A stretch of DNA of 64,000 nucleotides from Nostoc sp. DedSLP01 (GCA_034530875.2 JAVRCJ020000020.1:1-64000); one strand, 5' to 3'; positions 30,854 to 43,150 are shown, numbered from the stretch's first letter. Program-made: numbers and translations. Notes: generated from the sequence alone by a model not told the origin.

Positions 30854-32695
30854 CTAGTCGCCAGCAATCGAGTTTGGTGCTTTACTATACTTGGCTACCA
30901 AACTGGCTAAAAGTGGTAAATCAATCGGTTTAGAAATATAGTCATTGACTCCAGCTGCCAGGCAAGTTTCGCGATCGCCTTTCATTGCCATTGCTGTTTG
31001 GGCAATCACTGGAATATTTTTATACTGTGGATTTTCTCGTAGTTCCTGCACCAACTTGAGACCATTTCCATCTGACAGGTAAACATCCATTAAAATTACT
31101 GCTGGCTCTAGCTGTTTTAAAGCTTCCCACATCTTTGCAGCATTCTTAACCCAAGTCACCTGATATCCCAATTTAGATAGATAAATTTGCATTAGATCGC
31201 CATTGGGTAAGTCATTTTCTACCAGCAATATCTGGGTAGATAAACTAGGAGCCAGATTGGATAAATATTTTGTTTCTCCTGCCTCTGGTGCTTCCTCTGC
31301 TTCCTCTGCTTCCTCTGCTTTCCTCAAGGGAAGTACCAGCGTAAAACGCGAACCACGATCTAATTCAGATTCCAGTTCCACCGAACCACCATGAATTTCG
31401 GCGAGTTTGCGAGTCACTGCTAAACCCAAACCAGTACCTTCAACACCAGCTACAGCCCTGGCAATTTGGAAATAGGGATGAAACAGTTGAGCTTGGTCTT
31501 CTTGGGATATACCGGCGCCAGTATCCCAAACTGTAAAATGCACAAATAAATCCTGACAAGCAACCTGTAAGCCAACACTGCCTTGAGTAGTGAACTTTAA
31601 AGCGTTGAAGAGTAAATTCAACAGCATTTGTTTGAGTCGTAAAGGGTCGGCTACCAAAGTTTTGATATTAGGGTCGAGTTCTAGGATTAGTTTTAAACCC
31701 TTATTCGCAGCTTTTTCCTTTACAAGAGCCAAAACATTGCTACACAGCACTGGTACATCTACTGTTTCCCACTGTACTTCTAGCTGGTTCGCTTCAATTT
31801 TAGAGAGATCCAAAATATCATTAATCAGAGCTAGCAAGTGTTTACCGCTAGACTGAATAATATTTAAATATTCTTGTTGACGTTCTCTACTAGGTTCGTA
31901 GCCTTGAGCTAACAGTAAGTGGGTAAATCCAATAATCGAACTCAGCGGTGTGCGAATTTCATGACTGGTGTTTGCGAGAAACTGATTTTTCAGTTGATTT
32001 GTGCGCTCCAATTCTTGATTAGAGCTACTTAACTCTTGATAACGTTGTTGCCAAGATCCGATATGCTTCAGTTGGATCGAAGCTGTAGTACACTGCTTAG
32101 CAGACCTTGCCAATAATTGTGATATGAGTTGAGCTTCTGCTCCTATGAGTAGCTCAGAATCAGATCCTAGCGGCGGTCTGGCGATAACTAGCCAGCCGAT
32201 AACGCCACCAGAATCATCAGCTAAACGCCAAGCACTCGGTATTTGTTGATTTTCAAGTTGCTGCAAATCTTTGATTTCTATGGTTTGTTGCAATCTCAAA
32301 GGCAGCTTTTTCCCTGCTGTTGACGTCACTTCCAACAGTGGAGGTTGTGAGCCTAAAAATTGCGAACGAGAAATATAGCAAACTGTGGCAAATGTTTGGT
32401 GTGGTTCAAGTAGAGCTATGCCTACGGTAAACTGCACGAACGCCAGATGACTGGCGTCCACGGCAATGTTAATCTCGTTGACCACAATTTGGAAAATTTC
32501 TGCTTCTGCGGCTGGTGACTGTGAGACAGTATTACAAGCACAAAGCAGGCGATCGTTAAGGCGACTTTGCAACTGGTTTAAGCTTTTCTCCAGCCACAAA
32601 TCGGCGCGAAGTTGCTCAATTGTTGTCAAAAGTTTTGGCGTTGCATCAATCTGTGAGTTCTGTTCTGGTAAGCTTGAATACTGCTGCATGGTCAA
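30854..32695 (-). CDS. hrmK: Hybrid histidine kinase/response regulator, HrmK-like
   Basis: H-box TSHEIRTPL, HATPase and C-terminal REC. The N-terminus MQQYSSLPEQ...LWLE matches my recollection of Nostoc HrmK; the symbol is less certain than the domain call. Confidence 0.75.
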   Translation of the reverse strand: MTMQQYSSLPEQNSQIDATPKLLTTIEQLRADLWLEKSLNQLQSRLNDRLLCACNTVSQSPAAEAEIFQIVVNEINIAVDASHLAFVQFTVGIALLEPHQTFATVCYISRSQFLGSQPPLLEVTSTAGKKLPLRLQQTIEIKDLQQLENQQIPSAWRLADDSGGVIGWLVIARPPLGSDSELLIGAEAQLISQLLARSAKQCTTASIQLKHIGSWQQRYQELSSSNQELERTNQLKNQFLANTSHEIRTPLSSIIGFTHLLLAQGYEPSRERQQEYLNIIQSSGKHLLALINDILDLSKIEANQLEVQWETVDVPVLCSNVLALVKEKAANKGLKLILELDPNIKTLVADPLRLKQMLLNLLFNALKFTTQGSVGLQVACQDLFVHFTVWDTGAGISQEDQAQLFHPYFQIARAVAGVEGTGLGLAVTRKLAEIHGGSVELESELDRGSRFTLVLPLRKAEEAEEAEEAPEAGETKYLSNLAPSLSTQILLVENDLPNGDLMQIYLSKLGYQVTWVKNAAKMWEALKQLEPAVILMDVYLSDGNGLKLVQELRENPQYKNIPVIAQTAMAMKGDRETCLAAGVNDYISKPIDLPLLASLVAKYSKAPNSIAGD

Positions 32696-32844
32696 CTAGA
32701 CCGCTGAACAAGTTTAGCTTCGCATAAAAATCCTAATTAGGATTTTATATGTTGGCGAGGAATCCTTTTTTATTTATAAACCATAACTTATGGTGTCGGG
32801 TTTAGCACCTAAACCAAAAAAATATTGTATGAATGATTGACCTA

Positions 32845-32972
32845 AGAATTCAGAAGTCAGAATTCAGGAACCAGAATAGTTCAAGAATTTGAAGAAGATT
32901 TGATGAATGAATATACTAATCATACTAAAATCCTTACAAATTCTGACTTCTGACTCCTGAGTTCTGAATTCT
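32845..32972. repeat. STRR heptamer (CAGAATT-type) inverted arrays
   Basis: aagaattcagaagtcagaattcagga ... ttctgacttctgactcctgagttctgaattctt. Confidence 0.75.
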
Positions 32973-33012
32973 TACGGACTAATCTCAAATTTTTGCTGGC
33001 AACTTCAGACTT

Positions 33013-33954
33013 ATGGATACACAATTCGCCCAACTAATCGTAAATGGAATTGCAGTGGGGAGTATTATTGCTCTAGCCGCAGTTGGACTTACACTGACTT
33101 ATGGAATTTTACGTCTATCTAATTTTGCTCATGGTGATTTTCTCACTTTAGGAGCTTATCTGACTTGGCAGATAAATATTATTGGAGTCAATATTTGGCT
33201 TTCCATGCTCCTCGCCACAGTGGGAACAGTAGCAGGAATGCTTTTATCAGAAAAGTTACTCTGGTCAAGGATGCGCTCTATTCGTGCTACCTCTACGACG
33301 CTGATTATTATTTCTATTGGACTTGCCTTATTTCTTCGCAATGGGATTATTTTTATCTGGGGAGGCAAGAACCAAAATTATGATTTACCTGTGACTCCAG
33401 CTTTAGACATTTTGGGCTTAAAAGTGCCCCAAAATCAATTGTTGGTTTTGTTCTTGGCAGTGCTGGCAATCCTGGGAATACACTACCTGCTGCAAAACAC
33501 CAAAATTGGCAAAGCTATGCGAGCAGTTGCTGACGATCTGGATTTAGCTAGAGTTTCTGGTATTAATGTTGACAGAGTTATCCTTTGGACTTGGTTAATT
33601 GCAGGTACTCTGACATCTTTGGGCGGCAGTATGTACGGCTTAATCACAGCCGTGCGACCGAATATGGGATGGTTCTTAATTTTACCATTATTTGCTTCAG
33701 TAATTCTTGGTGGAATTGGCAACCCTTATGGTGCGATCGCCGGAGCTTTTATTATTGGCATTGCTCAGGAAGTGAGCATTCCTACAGTCAACCAAGTTTT
33801 ATCTTTTGTTCATCAAGTTGCTTTGCAATTGGGCATCAGCCACGCGGCTCAACCTGTAGTGTTTGGTCTTGATTACAAACAAGGTGTAGCACTGTTGATT
33901 ATGATATTGGTGCTACTCATACGCCCCAAAGGTTTATTTAAAGGCACGATTTGA
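33013..33954 (+). CDS. Branched-chain/neutral amino acid ABC transporter permease (LivH/NatD-like)
   Basis: GLTLTYGILRLSNFAHG, GKAMRAVADD and ILGGIGNPYGA motifs. Confidence 0.92.
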   Translation: MDTQFAQLIVNGIAVGSIIALAAVGLTLTYGILRLSNFAHGDFLTLGAYLTWQINIIGVNIWLSMLLATVGTVAGMLLSEKLLWSRMRSIRATSTTLIIISIGLALFLRNGIIFIWGGKNQNYDLPVTPALDILGLKVPQNQLLVLFLAVLAILGIHYLLQNTKIGKAMRAVADDLDLARVSGINVDRVILWTWLIAGTLTSLGGSMYGLITAVRPNMGWFLILPLFASVILGGIGNPYGAIAGAFIIGIAQEVSIPTVNQVLSFVHQVALQLGISHAAQPVVFGLDYKQGVALLIMILVLLIRPKGLFKGTI

Positions 33955-33975
33955 GTAGCACCACTCCACTTCTAA

Positions 33976-34113
33976 TTATTCAATAATGTGGAAATACCAG
34001 GCTGCTACCAGGAAATTGATAGCTAACAAGAAAATTGCCCAGCCTGTGCGATAGGGGTAGGGAGGTTTAGCTCCACTGTCGGCAACTGGTAAATCTCTGT
34101 TTTTAGCAGTCAT
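33976..34113 (-). CDS. psaX: Photosystem I 4.8 kDa subunit PsaX (absent from ORF track)
   Basis: Manual translation gives MTAKNRDLPVADSGAKPPYPYRTGWAIFLLAINFLVAAWYFHIIE (45 aa); AGGAG RBS upstream. Confidence 0.93.
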   Translation of the reverse strand: MTAKNRDLPVADSGAKPPYPYRTGWAIFLLAINFLVAAWYFHIIE

Positions 34114-34239
34114 AATGCGCTTCTCCTAAATGTCAGGACTTTTTAAGAAATACCAAATTATGTGTACCAATCCCCCAAATTCTTTAGAAATATTTGAAGT
34201 TGGGGACTGGGGACTGGGGACTGGCGATTAGGGACTGGG

Positions 34240-34334
34240 CAAGCAGGGAGTGTGGGAGGTGTGGGAAGATGGGGAAGAAATCTTTCCCCCCTCTCTCCCC
34301 ACACTCCCCACACTCCCCCATACCCTCTGCCTCC
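34240..34334. repeat. Nonamer-based inverted repeat element preceded by a GGGGACT STRR run (from about 34201)
   Basis: gggagtgtgggaggtgtgggaagatggggaagaaatctttcccccctctctccccacactcccc. Confidence 0.75.
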
Positions 34335-35240
34335 TCATCCCTCCTCTCCCGCATGGTAGGAACTACGAACTAGTGGGCCGGAACGGACGTGGCTAAATCC
34401 CATTTCCCTCGCTATGGAGCCAAGTTGCTCGAATTCCTCTGGAGTCCAATATTTTTGAACTGGTAGATGCTCTAAAGAAGGGCGCATATACTGGCCGATA
34501 GTCAAGCGATCGCAACCCACAGCCCTTAAATCGGCCATTGCTTGCACGACTTCATCGGTAGTTTCTCCGTGCCCCAGCATCAAACCTGATTTGGTGGGAA
34601 TTGTCGAATCGAGTTCTTTGACTATAGCCAGCACTCGTAGGGAGCGATCGTACTTGGCTCCCCGGCGCACTGGCCCGGTTAAGCGTCGCACTGTCTCAAT
34701 GTTGTGGTTGAAACAAGCCACTTTGGCTTCGACAATCGTAGCTATCCGCTGGCGTTGACTGGATTCCCCATTGCCCGCACCGCCCCAAAAATCTGGCGTT
34801 AGGACTTCAATTTGAGTTTCTGGGTTCAATTGACGAATAGTCGCGATCGTCTTCACAAAATGCCCTGCACCTTGGTCGGGCAAATCATCACGGGCTACAG
34901 AAGTCAACACCACATAATGCAATCCTAACAGCTGCACCGCCTCGGCGACCTTTTGCGGTTCGTCTAAATCAAGAGGCATTGGTGCATGACCTTTATCTAC
35001 TTGACAAAAAGCACAAGAGCGCGTGCAGGTAGGCCCCATCAGTAAAAAAGTCGCAGTTTTTTGGGCGTAGCACTCTCCTCGGTTAGGACAACGCCCTTCT
35101 TCGCAAATTGTGTGAATTTGCCGCTGTTTAATAATGCGTTGTACGGTAGAGATTTCGCTGGCTTTGCCAATCGGACGACGCAACCAGCTAGGCATTGCCA
35201 TAATTTCAGACTTGAGTTCGGCTTCTCGTGACGAAACCAT
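34335..35240 (-). CDS. lipA: Lipoyl synthase
   Basis: [20 protein letters not shown] and RSSYHA motifs. Confidence 0.97.
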   Translation of the reverse strand: MVSSREAELKSEIMAMPSWLRRPIGKASEISTVQRIIKQRQIHTICEEGRCPNRGECYAQKTATFLLMGPTCTRSCAFCQVDKGHAPMPLDLDEPQKVAEAVQLLGLHYVVLTSVARDDLPDQGAGHFVKTIATIRQLNPETQIEVLTPDFWGGAGNGESSQRQRIATIVEAKVACFNHNIETVRRLTGPVRRGAKYDRSLRVLAIVKELDSTIPTKSGLMLGHGETTDEVVQAMADLRAVGCDRLTIGQYMRPSLEHLPVQKYWTPEEFEQLGSIAREMGFSHVRSGPLVRSSYHAGEEG

Positions 35241-35550
35241 CTAAAAATCTCCGGTAGTGTCGAAACGGCGGATTTTCGTCAGCAGCAGATGTACAGTGAC
35301 TCAATATAAAGAACTGTTTGTGTGTCGCTGTTGCTGATGCCCTAGATCGAGGCTAAAGCTTTAAATATCACAATGACACAAATTTTAGAGAACACAAGCA
35401 AAAGTTTTGCAAAACACGTCTTGTAACGTCATTTATACCGAAATATACTATCCCCCAATTCATAGATCTTTTGTATATAGTGGGAGAATTCTCAAGGACA
35501 ATCGGCAAAACCGCTATTTACACTTAAAGTTTCTGTTAGAGCAAACAGTC

Positions 35551-36216
35551 GTGGCAAGCAATAAAATTTTAGTTATCGATGACACTACAGTTGTCAGGGT
35601 AAAAGTACGAGAAATGTTGCCTCCAGGCAATTTTGAGGTACTGGAAGCAAAAGACGGTCTGGAAGGGCTAAATTTCATCCGTCAGGAAAAACTTAGCTTA
35701 ATTATGCTGGATTTTCTGCTACCTAAAATGAGTGGTTGGGAAGTTTTCCAGCAAGTTCAAGCTCACCCTGAATTAAGAAAAATTCCTTTGGTGATTATGT
35801 CAGGTCGCAAAGAAGAAGTGACCGAAAAAATCCCAGAACCTTTTGAATATTTTGAATTCTTGGGTAAGCCTTTCGATCAGAAGCAACTAATTGGCGCAAT
35901 TAAGTTAGCTATGACAAAAGCGAAACAGCCACGCCCAGAATTAGTTGCAGTGGGAGCGCCAGCAGCTGCTAAAAATGGCGCTGGAACAACCTCTGGTGTT
36001 ACAACTGCTGCGGTTTCAACTGCTAGCGAACCAAATACCACAGCCGCAACCTCAATTCCCACAAATACTACAATACCAACTTCTAGTTCTCCAGGAGTCT
36101 CCCAGGCAGAAATTGAGGCGTTGAACGATAAAATTGCCAAAATGCAAGCAGAAATCGAAGGCTTGAAGAAACAGCTAACTCAGGTTGTGACTTTTATTAA
36201 ACAAAAAATCAAATAA
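35551..36216 (+). CDS. Response regulator (REC + low-complexity linker + C-terminal coiled coil)
   Basis: KILVIDD, LDFLLP and GKPF receiver motifs. Likely GTG start at 35551. Confidence 0.88.
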   Translation: MASNKILVIDDTTVVRVKVREMLPPGNFEVLEAKDGLEGLNFIRQEKLSLIMLDFLLPKMSGWEVFQQVQAHPELRKIPLVIMSGRKEEVTEKIPEPFEYFEFLGKPFDQKQLIGAIKLAMTKAKQPRPELVAVGAPAAAKNGAGTTSGVTTAAVSTASEPNTTAATSIPTNTTIPTSSSPGVSQAEIEALNDKIAKMQAEIEGLKKQLTQVVTFIKQKIK

Positions 36217-36496
36217 GCTAAAACAAATTTAAATTGCATAACTAGTCGATGTGGCTGTCCTTTTTCGTTGGTCATAGATATTAATCAAATGACAAGCACA
36301 AATTACAAAGGATGAAAAACAGTCTTAATCATAGAACATCCAACTTGGACGTACACTAGCTGACAATTTGCGTTTGCGATTATCCTCTGCACCTTAAATT
36401 ACGAATTAATAATTAATAATTACTAATTGCTTGGTCAGGGTTGGAGGATATTATTAACCTTAGTTGCTAGTCTAGCAAAGTATCCTTAGACCCATT

Positions 36497-36545
36497 AAAC
36501 CTGCCAAAATTTGCTCTTAATTTTAAGAGATTGGCAGGTTTTTGT
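36497..36545 (+). terminator. Hairpin/terminator-like element
   Basis: aaacctgccaa ... ttggcaggttt followed by a T-rich tract. Confidence 0.5.
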
Positions 36546-36565
36546 TATTTTTATTTATTGAAGAC

Positions 36566-36574
36566 GGGAATACT
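36566..36574 (+). promoter_or_regulatory. GGGAATACT, SigJ-type extended -10 (J-box) candidate
   Basis: Exact match to the recalled Nostoc SigJ consensus GGGaAtacT, 35 nt upstream of the ATG at 36610. Confidence 0.5.
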
Positions 36575-36609
36575 AGCCATAGAAACAAAAATTATGAGTA
36601 TAAGCTGCA

Positions 36610-39600
36610 ATGTCAGTAGTAGTAGATACAATATATGCATTTCCTGGCTATCGCGTTACTGAGCAAATTTACTCAGGCAGTAAAACCCTAGTTTATCGGG
36701 GTATTAGGGAAGAAGACCAAAAGTTAGTCGTCCTCAAATTAATGCGAAATGAATATCCTACATTCGCAGAAATTGCACAATTTCGCAATCAATATATCAT
36801 TATTAAAAACCTCGATATTCCTGGTGTCGTCAAACCATATAGCTTGGATAGCTACCGTAACGGCTACATCCTAGTAATGGAAGATTTTGGTGGGATTTCC
36901 CTGCAAAAATGGCTAGAGGATGATAAAGAAAATAAGATTTATGTAAATGAATTTTTTGATATCGCTATTAAAATTGCTTCTATCTTAGAAAAACTGCATC
37001 GCGATCGCATTATTCACAAAGACATTAAACCTGGCAATATCCTGATTAATCCAACTACGAATGAGATAAAAATCATCGACTTTAGTATTGCCACACTTCT
37101 GCCAAGAGAAATTCAATTTCTCACCAATCCCAACATTTTAGAAGGCACTCTGGGTTATATTTCTCCAGAACAAACTGGCAGAATGAACCGAGGTATTGAT
37201 TACCGCACTGATTTTTATTCCCTTGGCGTCACTTTGTTTGAACTCCTCACCGGACAGTTACCCTTCACCAGCAAAGATCCGATGGAGTTAGTTTACTGTC
37301 ACATTGCTAAACAACCACTCAAAGCCCACCAGGTTAATTCCAATATTCCGGCAATTTTGTCTGAGATTCTCGGCAAGCTGATGGCCAAAAATGCCGAAGA
37401 CCGCTATCAAAGTGTATTGGGGTTAAAGCATGATTTGGAAGTGTGTCAAAAACAGTGGCAAGAGACAGGAAAGATTGTACCTTTTAAACTAGGCGATCGC
37501 GATATCTCAGACCGTTTTGTTATCCCCGAAAAACTCTATGGGCGGCAAAACGAAGTTGAAATCCTACTCGCTGCTTTTGAGCGAATTGCTAACCCCCTTC
37601 AATCCCATACTAGATTTCATTCTAGCGGTTCTGGGTTGGTACACTTTCCTTTAGGGAAATACAAGTCAGGAGAACTAACGCCACTTAATTTGAGTGACGA
37701 AACTTCTACAACGCAATGGTTCTCAAACGCACTCACTCCCGTTACTCAGGGAGGAACCAAGGGAGTAGAAATGGTCTTGGTCGCAGGTTTCTCTGGGATT
37801 GGCAAAACTGCTGTGGTCAACGAAGTCCACAAACCCATTGCGCGCCAGCAAAGTTACTTCATCAAAGGAAAGTTTGATCAATTTCAACGTGACATTCCCT
37901 TATCAGGATTAGTACAAGCTTTTCGAGACTTAATCGGGCAACTACTTTCAGAAACTGATGCTCAAATTCAACAGTGGAAAGCGAAGATTCTCCAAGAGTT
38001 GGGTATGCAAACTCAGGTAATTATTGATGTAATTCCTGAACTCGAACAAATTATTGGCAAGCAACCTCCAGTCACAGAACTCTCTGGCAGTGCTGCCCAA
38101 AATCGTTTTAATTTATTGTTCCAGAAATTTATCCAAATCTTCACTACAAAAGACCATCCTCTGGTTATTTTTGTTGATGACTTACAATGGGCAGATGCAG
38201 CTTCTTTGAAACTAATTCAGCTATTAATATGCGAAAGTAGCTTGTCTAATATTTCAGGAGAAACAGAAGAAAATAATGATTTTAATAAATGCTTATTATT
38301 AATTGGTTCCTATCGAGATAATGAAGTTTCCAAAGGACATCCACTTTCTTTAACAATCAGAGAGATTGAACAAACAGGTGCAAATATTAGTACTATTACC
38401 TTAACACCGTTAAATCAGGGAGATTTAAATCATTTAATTGCTGATACCCTTCATTGTCCAGAATTAGTTGCTGTTCCTCTGACTCAGATGGTGTTTGCCA
38501 AAACTAAAGGTAACCCCTTCTTTTCCATTCAATTCCTTAAATCTTTATACGATGAAGGGCTAATTACATTAAACTCGGATCTTGGTTATTGGCAGTACGA
38601 TATTGCTAAAATTAAAGAATTAGCTCTTACAGATGATGTAGTAGAGTTTATCGCTATTCAAATAGAAAAATTGTCAATCAATACCCAAAAGGTATTAAAG
38701 CTTGCTGCTTGTATTGGTAACCAATTTGATTTAAAAAGTTTAGCGATCGTCCATGAAAAATCTGTAGTAGATACAGCATCAGACTTGTGGCAAGCATTAC
38801 TTGAAGGATTAATCTTACCACAGACCGAAATTTACAATATTTTTCCAGCAGACAATACTAGTGAAGAGTTAATTGCTTCTGGAATAGAGCCTACAAAATT
38901 TGCAACTCTGAATTTACAAATACCTAAATATAAATTCGTCCATGACCGCGTACAGCAAGCTGCTTATTCTTTAATTCCTCAAGAACAAAAAAAGTCAATT
39001 CATTTAAAAATTGGGCTATTATTATTGAATAATATTCCAGTTGCAGAACAGGAAGAAAGAATTTTTGAGCTTGTCAATCAGTTTAATATTGCAGTGGAAT
39101 TCATCAGCCATCAAGCTAAGCGAGATGAACTAGCTCAGATGAATCTAATTGCTGGACGTAAAGCTTTAGCTTCAACAGCTTATCCGGCTGCACTTAGATA
39201 TTTAACTACTGGAATTGGATTGCTTGCAGATGATAGTTGGGAGACAAAGTACGAGCTAATTCTAGCTTTGTATGAGACAGCGGCAGAGGCAGCGTACTTG
39301 AACGGAGACTTTGAGCAAACCGAACAATTAGCAGAGGTAGTCTTAACAAAAGCTAAAACTCTCACAGACAAAGTTAAAGTTTATGAAGTAAAAATCAAAG
39401 CTTATGGAGCGCAGAACCAACCACTCAAAGGAATCAAAACTGCACTCGCATTTTTGAAGTTTTTAGGAATAGAATTTCCCGAACATCCAAGCCAATCTGA
39501 TATTCAGCTAGCAATGGCAGAAATACCATTAAATATGGCTGGTAGGCGTGTTGAAGATTTAATTGACCTACCAGAAATGACAGATACTCAAGCGCTAGCA

Positions 39601-42423
39601 ATTATGAGTGTTTTATCGAGCGCTCATGCTTTAACTTATCAAGCTATTCCCGAACTATTCCCACTAATTCTTGTTAAACAGCTCAACTTATCCTTGCAAT
39701 ATGGCAACGCACCATTATCAGCCTTTGCTTATGTGAATTATGGAGTAATACTGTGCGGACTAGTAGGAGATATTGAATCTGGCTATCAATTTGGCCAACT
39801 AGCTGTCAATCTTTTATCTAAGTTACAAATTAAAGAAGTAAGTGCGAAAATTATTTCTTCTTTTCATCCACTCGTTAGACGTTGGAAAGAACACGCTAAA
39901 GAAATCTTAAAACCGTTGTTAGAGGCTTACGTTGTTGGTACTGAAGCAGGAGATTTAGAGTTTGCAGCCTATAGTCTAAACGGTTATTGTTACTGCTCGT
40001 ATTTCATTGGCAAAGAACTGTCAAATCTAGAGCAAGAAATAGCAAATTATAGTCATGCTATCAAACAAATGAAGCAAGAAGTAGTATTTCAATGGAATAC
40101 TATTTATCGGCAAAGTGTGTTGAACTTGCTAGGGCAGGCAGAAAATCCATCTTGTTTAGTGGGTGAAGTTTATAACGAAGATAAAATGCTCCAAGTTCAT
40201 TCGGAAACAAAAGATGGGCTTGGGCTTTTATATCTATATATTAATAAACTTCTTCTATGTTATCTATTTCAGGAATTTCATCAAGCAGTTGAAAATGCTG
40301 CATTAGCGAAAAACTATTTAGATGCTGCAACTGGACATTTAGTTACTCTAATTTTTCATTTTTATGATTCTTTAGCGGCTCTGGCTGTATATTCTGAGGT
40401 ATCCATCTCCGAGCAAAAATGCATTCTCGATCGCGTTCAAGCCAATCAAGAAAAAATGCAGCGTTGGTCGCATCACGCCCCAATGAATTGTTTACACCAA
40501 TATTATTTGGTTGAGGCTGAAAGACATCGGATTAACTGTCAATATCTCGAAGCAATAGAATGCTATGAATGCGCTATTTCCCTAGCCAAAGAGCATGAGT
40601 ATGCGAACGATCTAGCCCTCGCTGAAGAACTCACTGCCAGATTCTATTTACAATGGGGTAAACAGAAGATTGCCCAAACCTATTTCACAGATGCTTACTA
40701 TAGCTATATCCGGTGGGGAGCGTTAGCAAAAGTAAACGATTTAGTCAAACGTTATCCTTTATTACTCGCTCCTGTATTTCAGCAAGAAAAACCAAAACTG
40801 AATATTCACTCCGCCCAAGAAAGCACTTCTTTTCATAACACATCTTTCTCTACTTTTAGCAATCAACAAACTGCGATCGGCACAAAGACTAGTGTTTCCG
40901 ATTCTTTAGATTTATCCACATTTATTAAAGCATCTCAAGCCCTATCTGGGGAAATTGAACTGCAACGATTGGTTGCTACTTTAATGGAAGTTGTGATGGA
41001 AAATGCAGGTGCTTCTAAATGTGTTTTGATTTTAAGTGAAGATGATAACTTACCATTAATTGTGACGGCAGTTTGTGCAAATTCCGATTTTGAACATACC
41101 TATACAGAGTTTCCAGAAATTTCTTTAGAATTTAGTTACGATGTTCCGATTACTTTGATTAACTACGTTAAGCGTTCCAAAGAAATTTTGGTTATCGATG
41201 ATGCAATGACCGTTTCTTTTTTAGCAACGGATAGCTATGTTGTTTGCGAACAGCCCAAAAGTTTATTGTCTATACCTATTATCAACCAAAGCAAATTGAT
41301 TGGTATTATTTATTTAGAGAATAATTTAACTACAGGAGCATTTACACGCGATCGCGTGGAAGTTCTCAAACTCATCACTACCCAAGCAGCAATCTCACTT
41401 AAGAATGCCATGCTCTACAAAAATTTGGCAGAAGCTAAAGAAAGTTTAGAGAAATACAACCATACTCTAGAGCAAAAAGTCAAAGAAAGAACCCAGGAAC
41501 TAGACGATAAAAATCAAAGATTGCAACAGACGATACAGGAATTAAAACGCACCCAAATTCAATTAATTCAAAGTGAAAAAATGTCTTCCTTAGGGCAAAT
41601 GGTAGCGGGAATTGCCCATGAAATTAATAATCCAATTAATTTTATTCACGGCAATATTACTCATGCTAGCGGATATGTACGCGATTTGCTGGATTTGATG
41701 GCTGTTTATCAGCAAGAATACCCTAATTCTTCGCCTGCTATTGAGGAAAAATCTGAAGATATCGACATCGATTTTTTAGCAGAAGACTTGCCAAAAATTC
41801 TAGATTCGATGAAGATTGGAAGTTCGCGAATCCGCACTATTGTTTTGGGCTTACGTAACTTTTCCCGTCTCGATGAATATGAGATGAAGCCTGTAGATAT
41901 TCATGAAGGAATAGACAACACTTTAATGATTTTGCAGCATCGACTCAAGGAAAAAAACGATTTTCCTGAAATTAAAGTCATTAAACAATATGCAAATATC
42001 CCGGAAGTTACTTGTTACGCTGGTCAGCTAAATCAGGTGTTTATGAATATCTTAAGCAATGCGATCGATGCTTTAGAAGATTCATTCGGAAATGACGAAC
42101 CGAGAAATCTCAGCAGCAGTTTTGGCACGTCAGAACTGCAAGAAAAAATCAAAAATCATCCAGAAATTCGCATATCTACTCAGCTAACAAATTCTAATAC
42201 AGTGATGATTCGGATTAGCGATAACGGATCTGGGATGACAGAAGCTGTGCAGCAGAAAATTTTCGATCCATTTTTTACCACAAAGTCTGTAGGAAGCGGT
42301 ACAGGCTTAGGATTGTCAATTAGCTATCAGATTGTCGTAGACAAACACAAGGGTAGTTTAATCTGTAATTCCAAAATAGGAGAAGGGACTGAGTTCGCGA
42401 TCGAAATACCAATGGAACTGTGA
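36610..42423 (+). CDS. HstK-type multidomain kinase: Ser/Thr kinase-AAA ATPase-GAF-His kinase
   Basis: [39 protein letters not shown]-box GIAHEINNP and FFTTK/GTGLGL motifs. Confidence 0.95.
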   Translation: MSVVVDTIYAFPGYRVTEQIYSGSKTLVYRGIREEDQKLVVLKLMRNEYPTFAEIAQFRNQYIIIKNLDIPGVVKPYSLDSYRNGYILVMEDFGGISLQKWLEDDKENKIYVNEFFDIAIKIASILEKLHRDRIIHKDIKPGNILINPTTNEIKIIDFSIATLLPREIQFLTNPNILEGTLGYISPEQTGRMNRGIDYRTDFYSLGVTLFELLTGQLPFTSKDPMELVYCHIAKQPLKAHQVNSNIPAILSEILGKLMAKNAEDRYQSVLGLKHDLEVCQKQWQETGKIVPFKLGDRDISDRFVIPEKLYGRQNEVEILLAAFERIANPLQSHTRFHSSGSGLVHFPLGKYKSGELTPLNLSDETSTTQWFSNALTPVTQGGTKGVEMVLVAGFSGIGKTAVVNEVHKPIARQQSYFIKGKFDQFQRDIPLSGLVQAFRDLIGQLLSETDAQIQQWKAKILQELGMQTQVIIDVIPELEQIIGKQPPVTELSGSAAQNRFNLLFQKFIQIFTTKDHPLVIFVDDLQWADAASLKLIQLLICESSLSNISGETEENNDFNKCLLLIGSYRDNEVSKGHPLSLTIREIEQTGANISTITLTPLNQGDLNHLIADTLHCPELVAVPLTQMVFAKTKGNPFFSIQFLKSLYDEGLITLNSDLGYWQYDIAKIKELALTDDVVEFIAIQIEKLSINTQKVLKLAACIGNQFDLKSLAIVHEKSVVDTASDLWQALLEGLILPQTEIYNIFPADNTSEELIASGIEPTKFATLNLQIPKYKFVHDRVQQAAYSLIPQEQKKSIHLKIGLLLLNNIPVAEQEERIFELVNQFNIAVEFISHQAKRDELAQMNLIAGRKALASTAYPAALRYLTTGIGLLADDSWETKYELILALYETAAEAAYLNGDFEQTEQLAEVVLTKAKTLTDKVKVYEVKIKAYGAQNQPLKGIKTALAFLKFLGIEFPEHPSQSDIQLAMAEIPLNMAGRRVEDLIDLPEMTDTQALAIMSVLSSAHALTYQAIPELFPLILVKQLNLSLQYGNAPLSAFAYVNYGVILCGLVGDIESGYQFGQLAVNLLSKLQIKEVSAKIISSFHPLVRRWKEHAKEILKPLLEAYVVGTEAGDLEFAAYSLNGYCYCSYFIGKELSNLEQEIANYSHAIKQMKQEVVFQWNTIYRQSVLNLLGQAENPSCLVGEVYNEDKMLQVHSETKDGLGLLYLYINKLLLCYLFQEFHQAVENAALAKNYLDAATGHLVTLIFHFYDSLAALAVYSEVSISEQKCILDRVQANQEKMQRWSHHAPMNCLHQYYLVEAERHRINCQYLEAIECYECAISLAKEHEYANDLALAEELTARFYLQWGKQKIAQTYFTDAYYSYIRWGALAKVNDLVKRYPLLLAPVFQQEKPKLNIHSAQESTSFHNTSFSTFSNQQTAIGTKTSVSDSLDLSTFIKASQALSGEIELQRLVATLMEVVMENAGASKCVLILSEDDNLPLIVTAVCANSDFEHTYTEFPEISLEFSYDVPITLINYVKRSKEILVIDDAMTVSFLATDSYVVCEQPKSLLSIPIINQSKLIGIIYLENNLTTGAFTRDRVEVLKLITTQAAISLKNAMLYKNLAEAKESLEKYNHTLEQKVKERTQELDDKNQRLQQTIQELKRTQIQLIQSEKMSSLGQMVAGIAHEINNPINFIHGNITHASGYVRDLLDLMAVYQQEYPNSSPAIEEKSEDIDIDFLAEDLPKILDSMKIGSSRIRTIVLGLRNFSRLDEYEMKPVDIHEGIDNTLMILQHRLKEKNDFPEIKVIKQYANIPEVTCYAGQLNQVFMNILSNAIDALEDSFGNDEPRNLSSSFGTSELQEKIKNHPEIRISTQLTNSNTVMIRISDNGSGMTEAVQQKIFDPFFTTKSVGSGTGLGLSISYQIVVDKHKGSLICNSKIGEGTEFAIEIPMEL

Positions 42424-42820
42424 GGTATTTAGGCTTGACTGACTGCTGCAATAGCGTCGGTTGGGGAAATTATGACAAAATTTACCTGTTGGTAATAGCG
42501 CTTTCCAAATCATCAATCCAGAATCTGTCTTGAATGACTTTGAGCTGAGGTTTTCTCAGCTCAAACTTTTTGTAAAATCCAAAATGGGATACCGCGTCTC
42601 TAAAAATTTCCCATACTTCATGATTCTTAATCATACCAACTGCGTTTTCTAGCTGACAGAAGTTCCACAATCTAATAGGCTGATCTTACAGTGCTGATTT
42701 TTTAGCAAGCTCAACTGCTGAAGAAGTTAAGCTTTATTATTCAGTACTTTTAGATAAGTAGGTGCAAAATATTGCTCGCTTTGCTCGTCACTTAGTTGTT
42801 AATAAGTACCTAGAGAAAAA

Positions 42821-43150
42821 ATGTCCATTAAAATTGTCCAAAACTTTGATGGTAGTTTCGCTCTCAATCCGCAAGCTCAAGAAACGCTATTTAAATTATT
42901 AAAAAGTGAAGCTTTTTTAAATCAAATATCCCAACAATCGCAGTGTGAAGAAGTTGAATTTACAGAATTACTTTTTCAGCCAGTACCTTATAGCTTAACT
43001 ACTACTAAAGGAATGCCAGCAGAATTTGAAAAATACCACGAATCGGATGAATATGTAATTATTAACGTACCACCAAATTTTATGTTTAATGCTAAGATTT
43101 TTCAACCAAGCCGTCTTTGTGCTATTTATAAAAAATTAAATAAAGCTTAG
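42821..43150 (+). CDS. Hypothetical protein
   Basis: 109-aa ATG-initiated ORF, co-oriented with the downstream gene. Confidence 0.65.
   Translation: MSIKIVQNFDGSFALNPQAQETLFKLLKSEAFLNQISQQSQCEEVEFTELLFQPVPYSLTTTKGMPAEFEKYHESDEYVIINVPPNFMFNAKIFQPSRLCAIYKKLNKA

Noticed and set aside
37591..37764. Intein in the HstK AAA domain
   Set aside because: Too short, and lacks the N-terminal Cys/Ser and C-terminal His-Asn splicing motifs.
42482..42670. 62-aa minus-strand ORF
   Set aside because: Weak start and no recognisable motif. The region contains a perfect 11-bp hairpin (about 42539-42565) that fits a terminator or intergenic element better.
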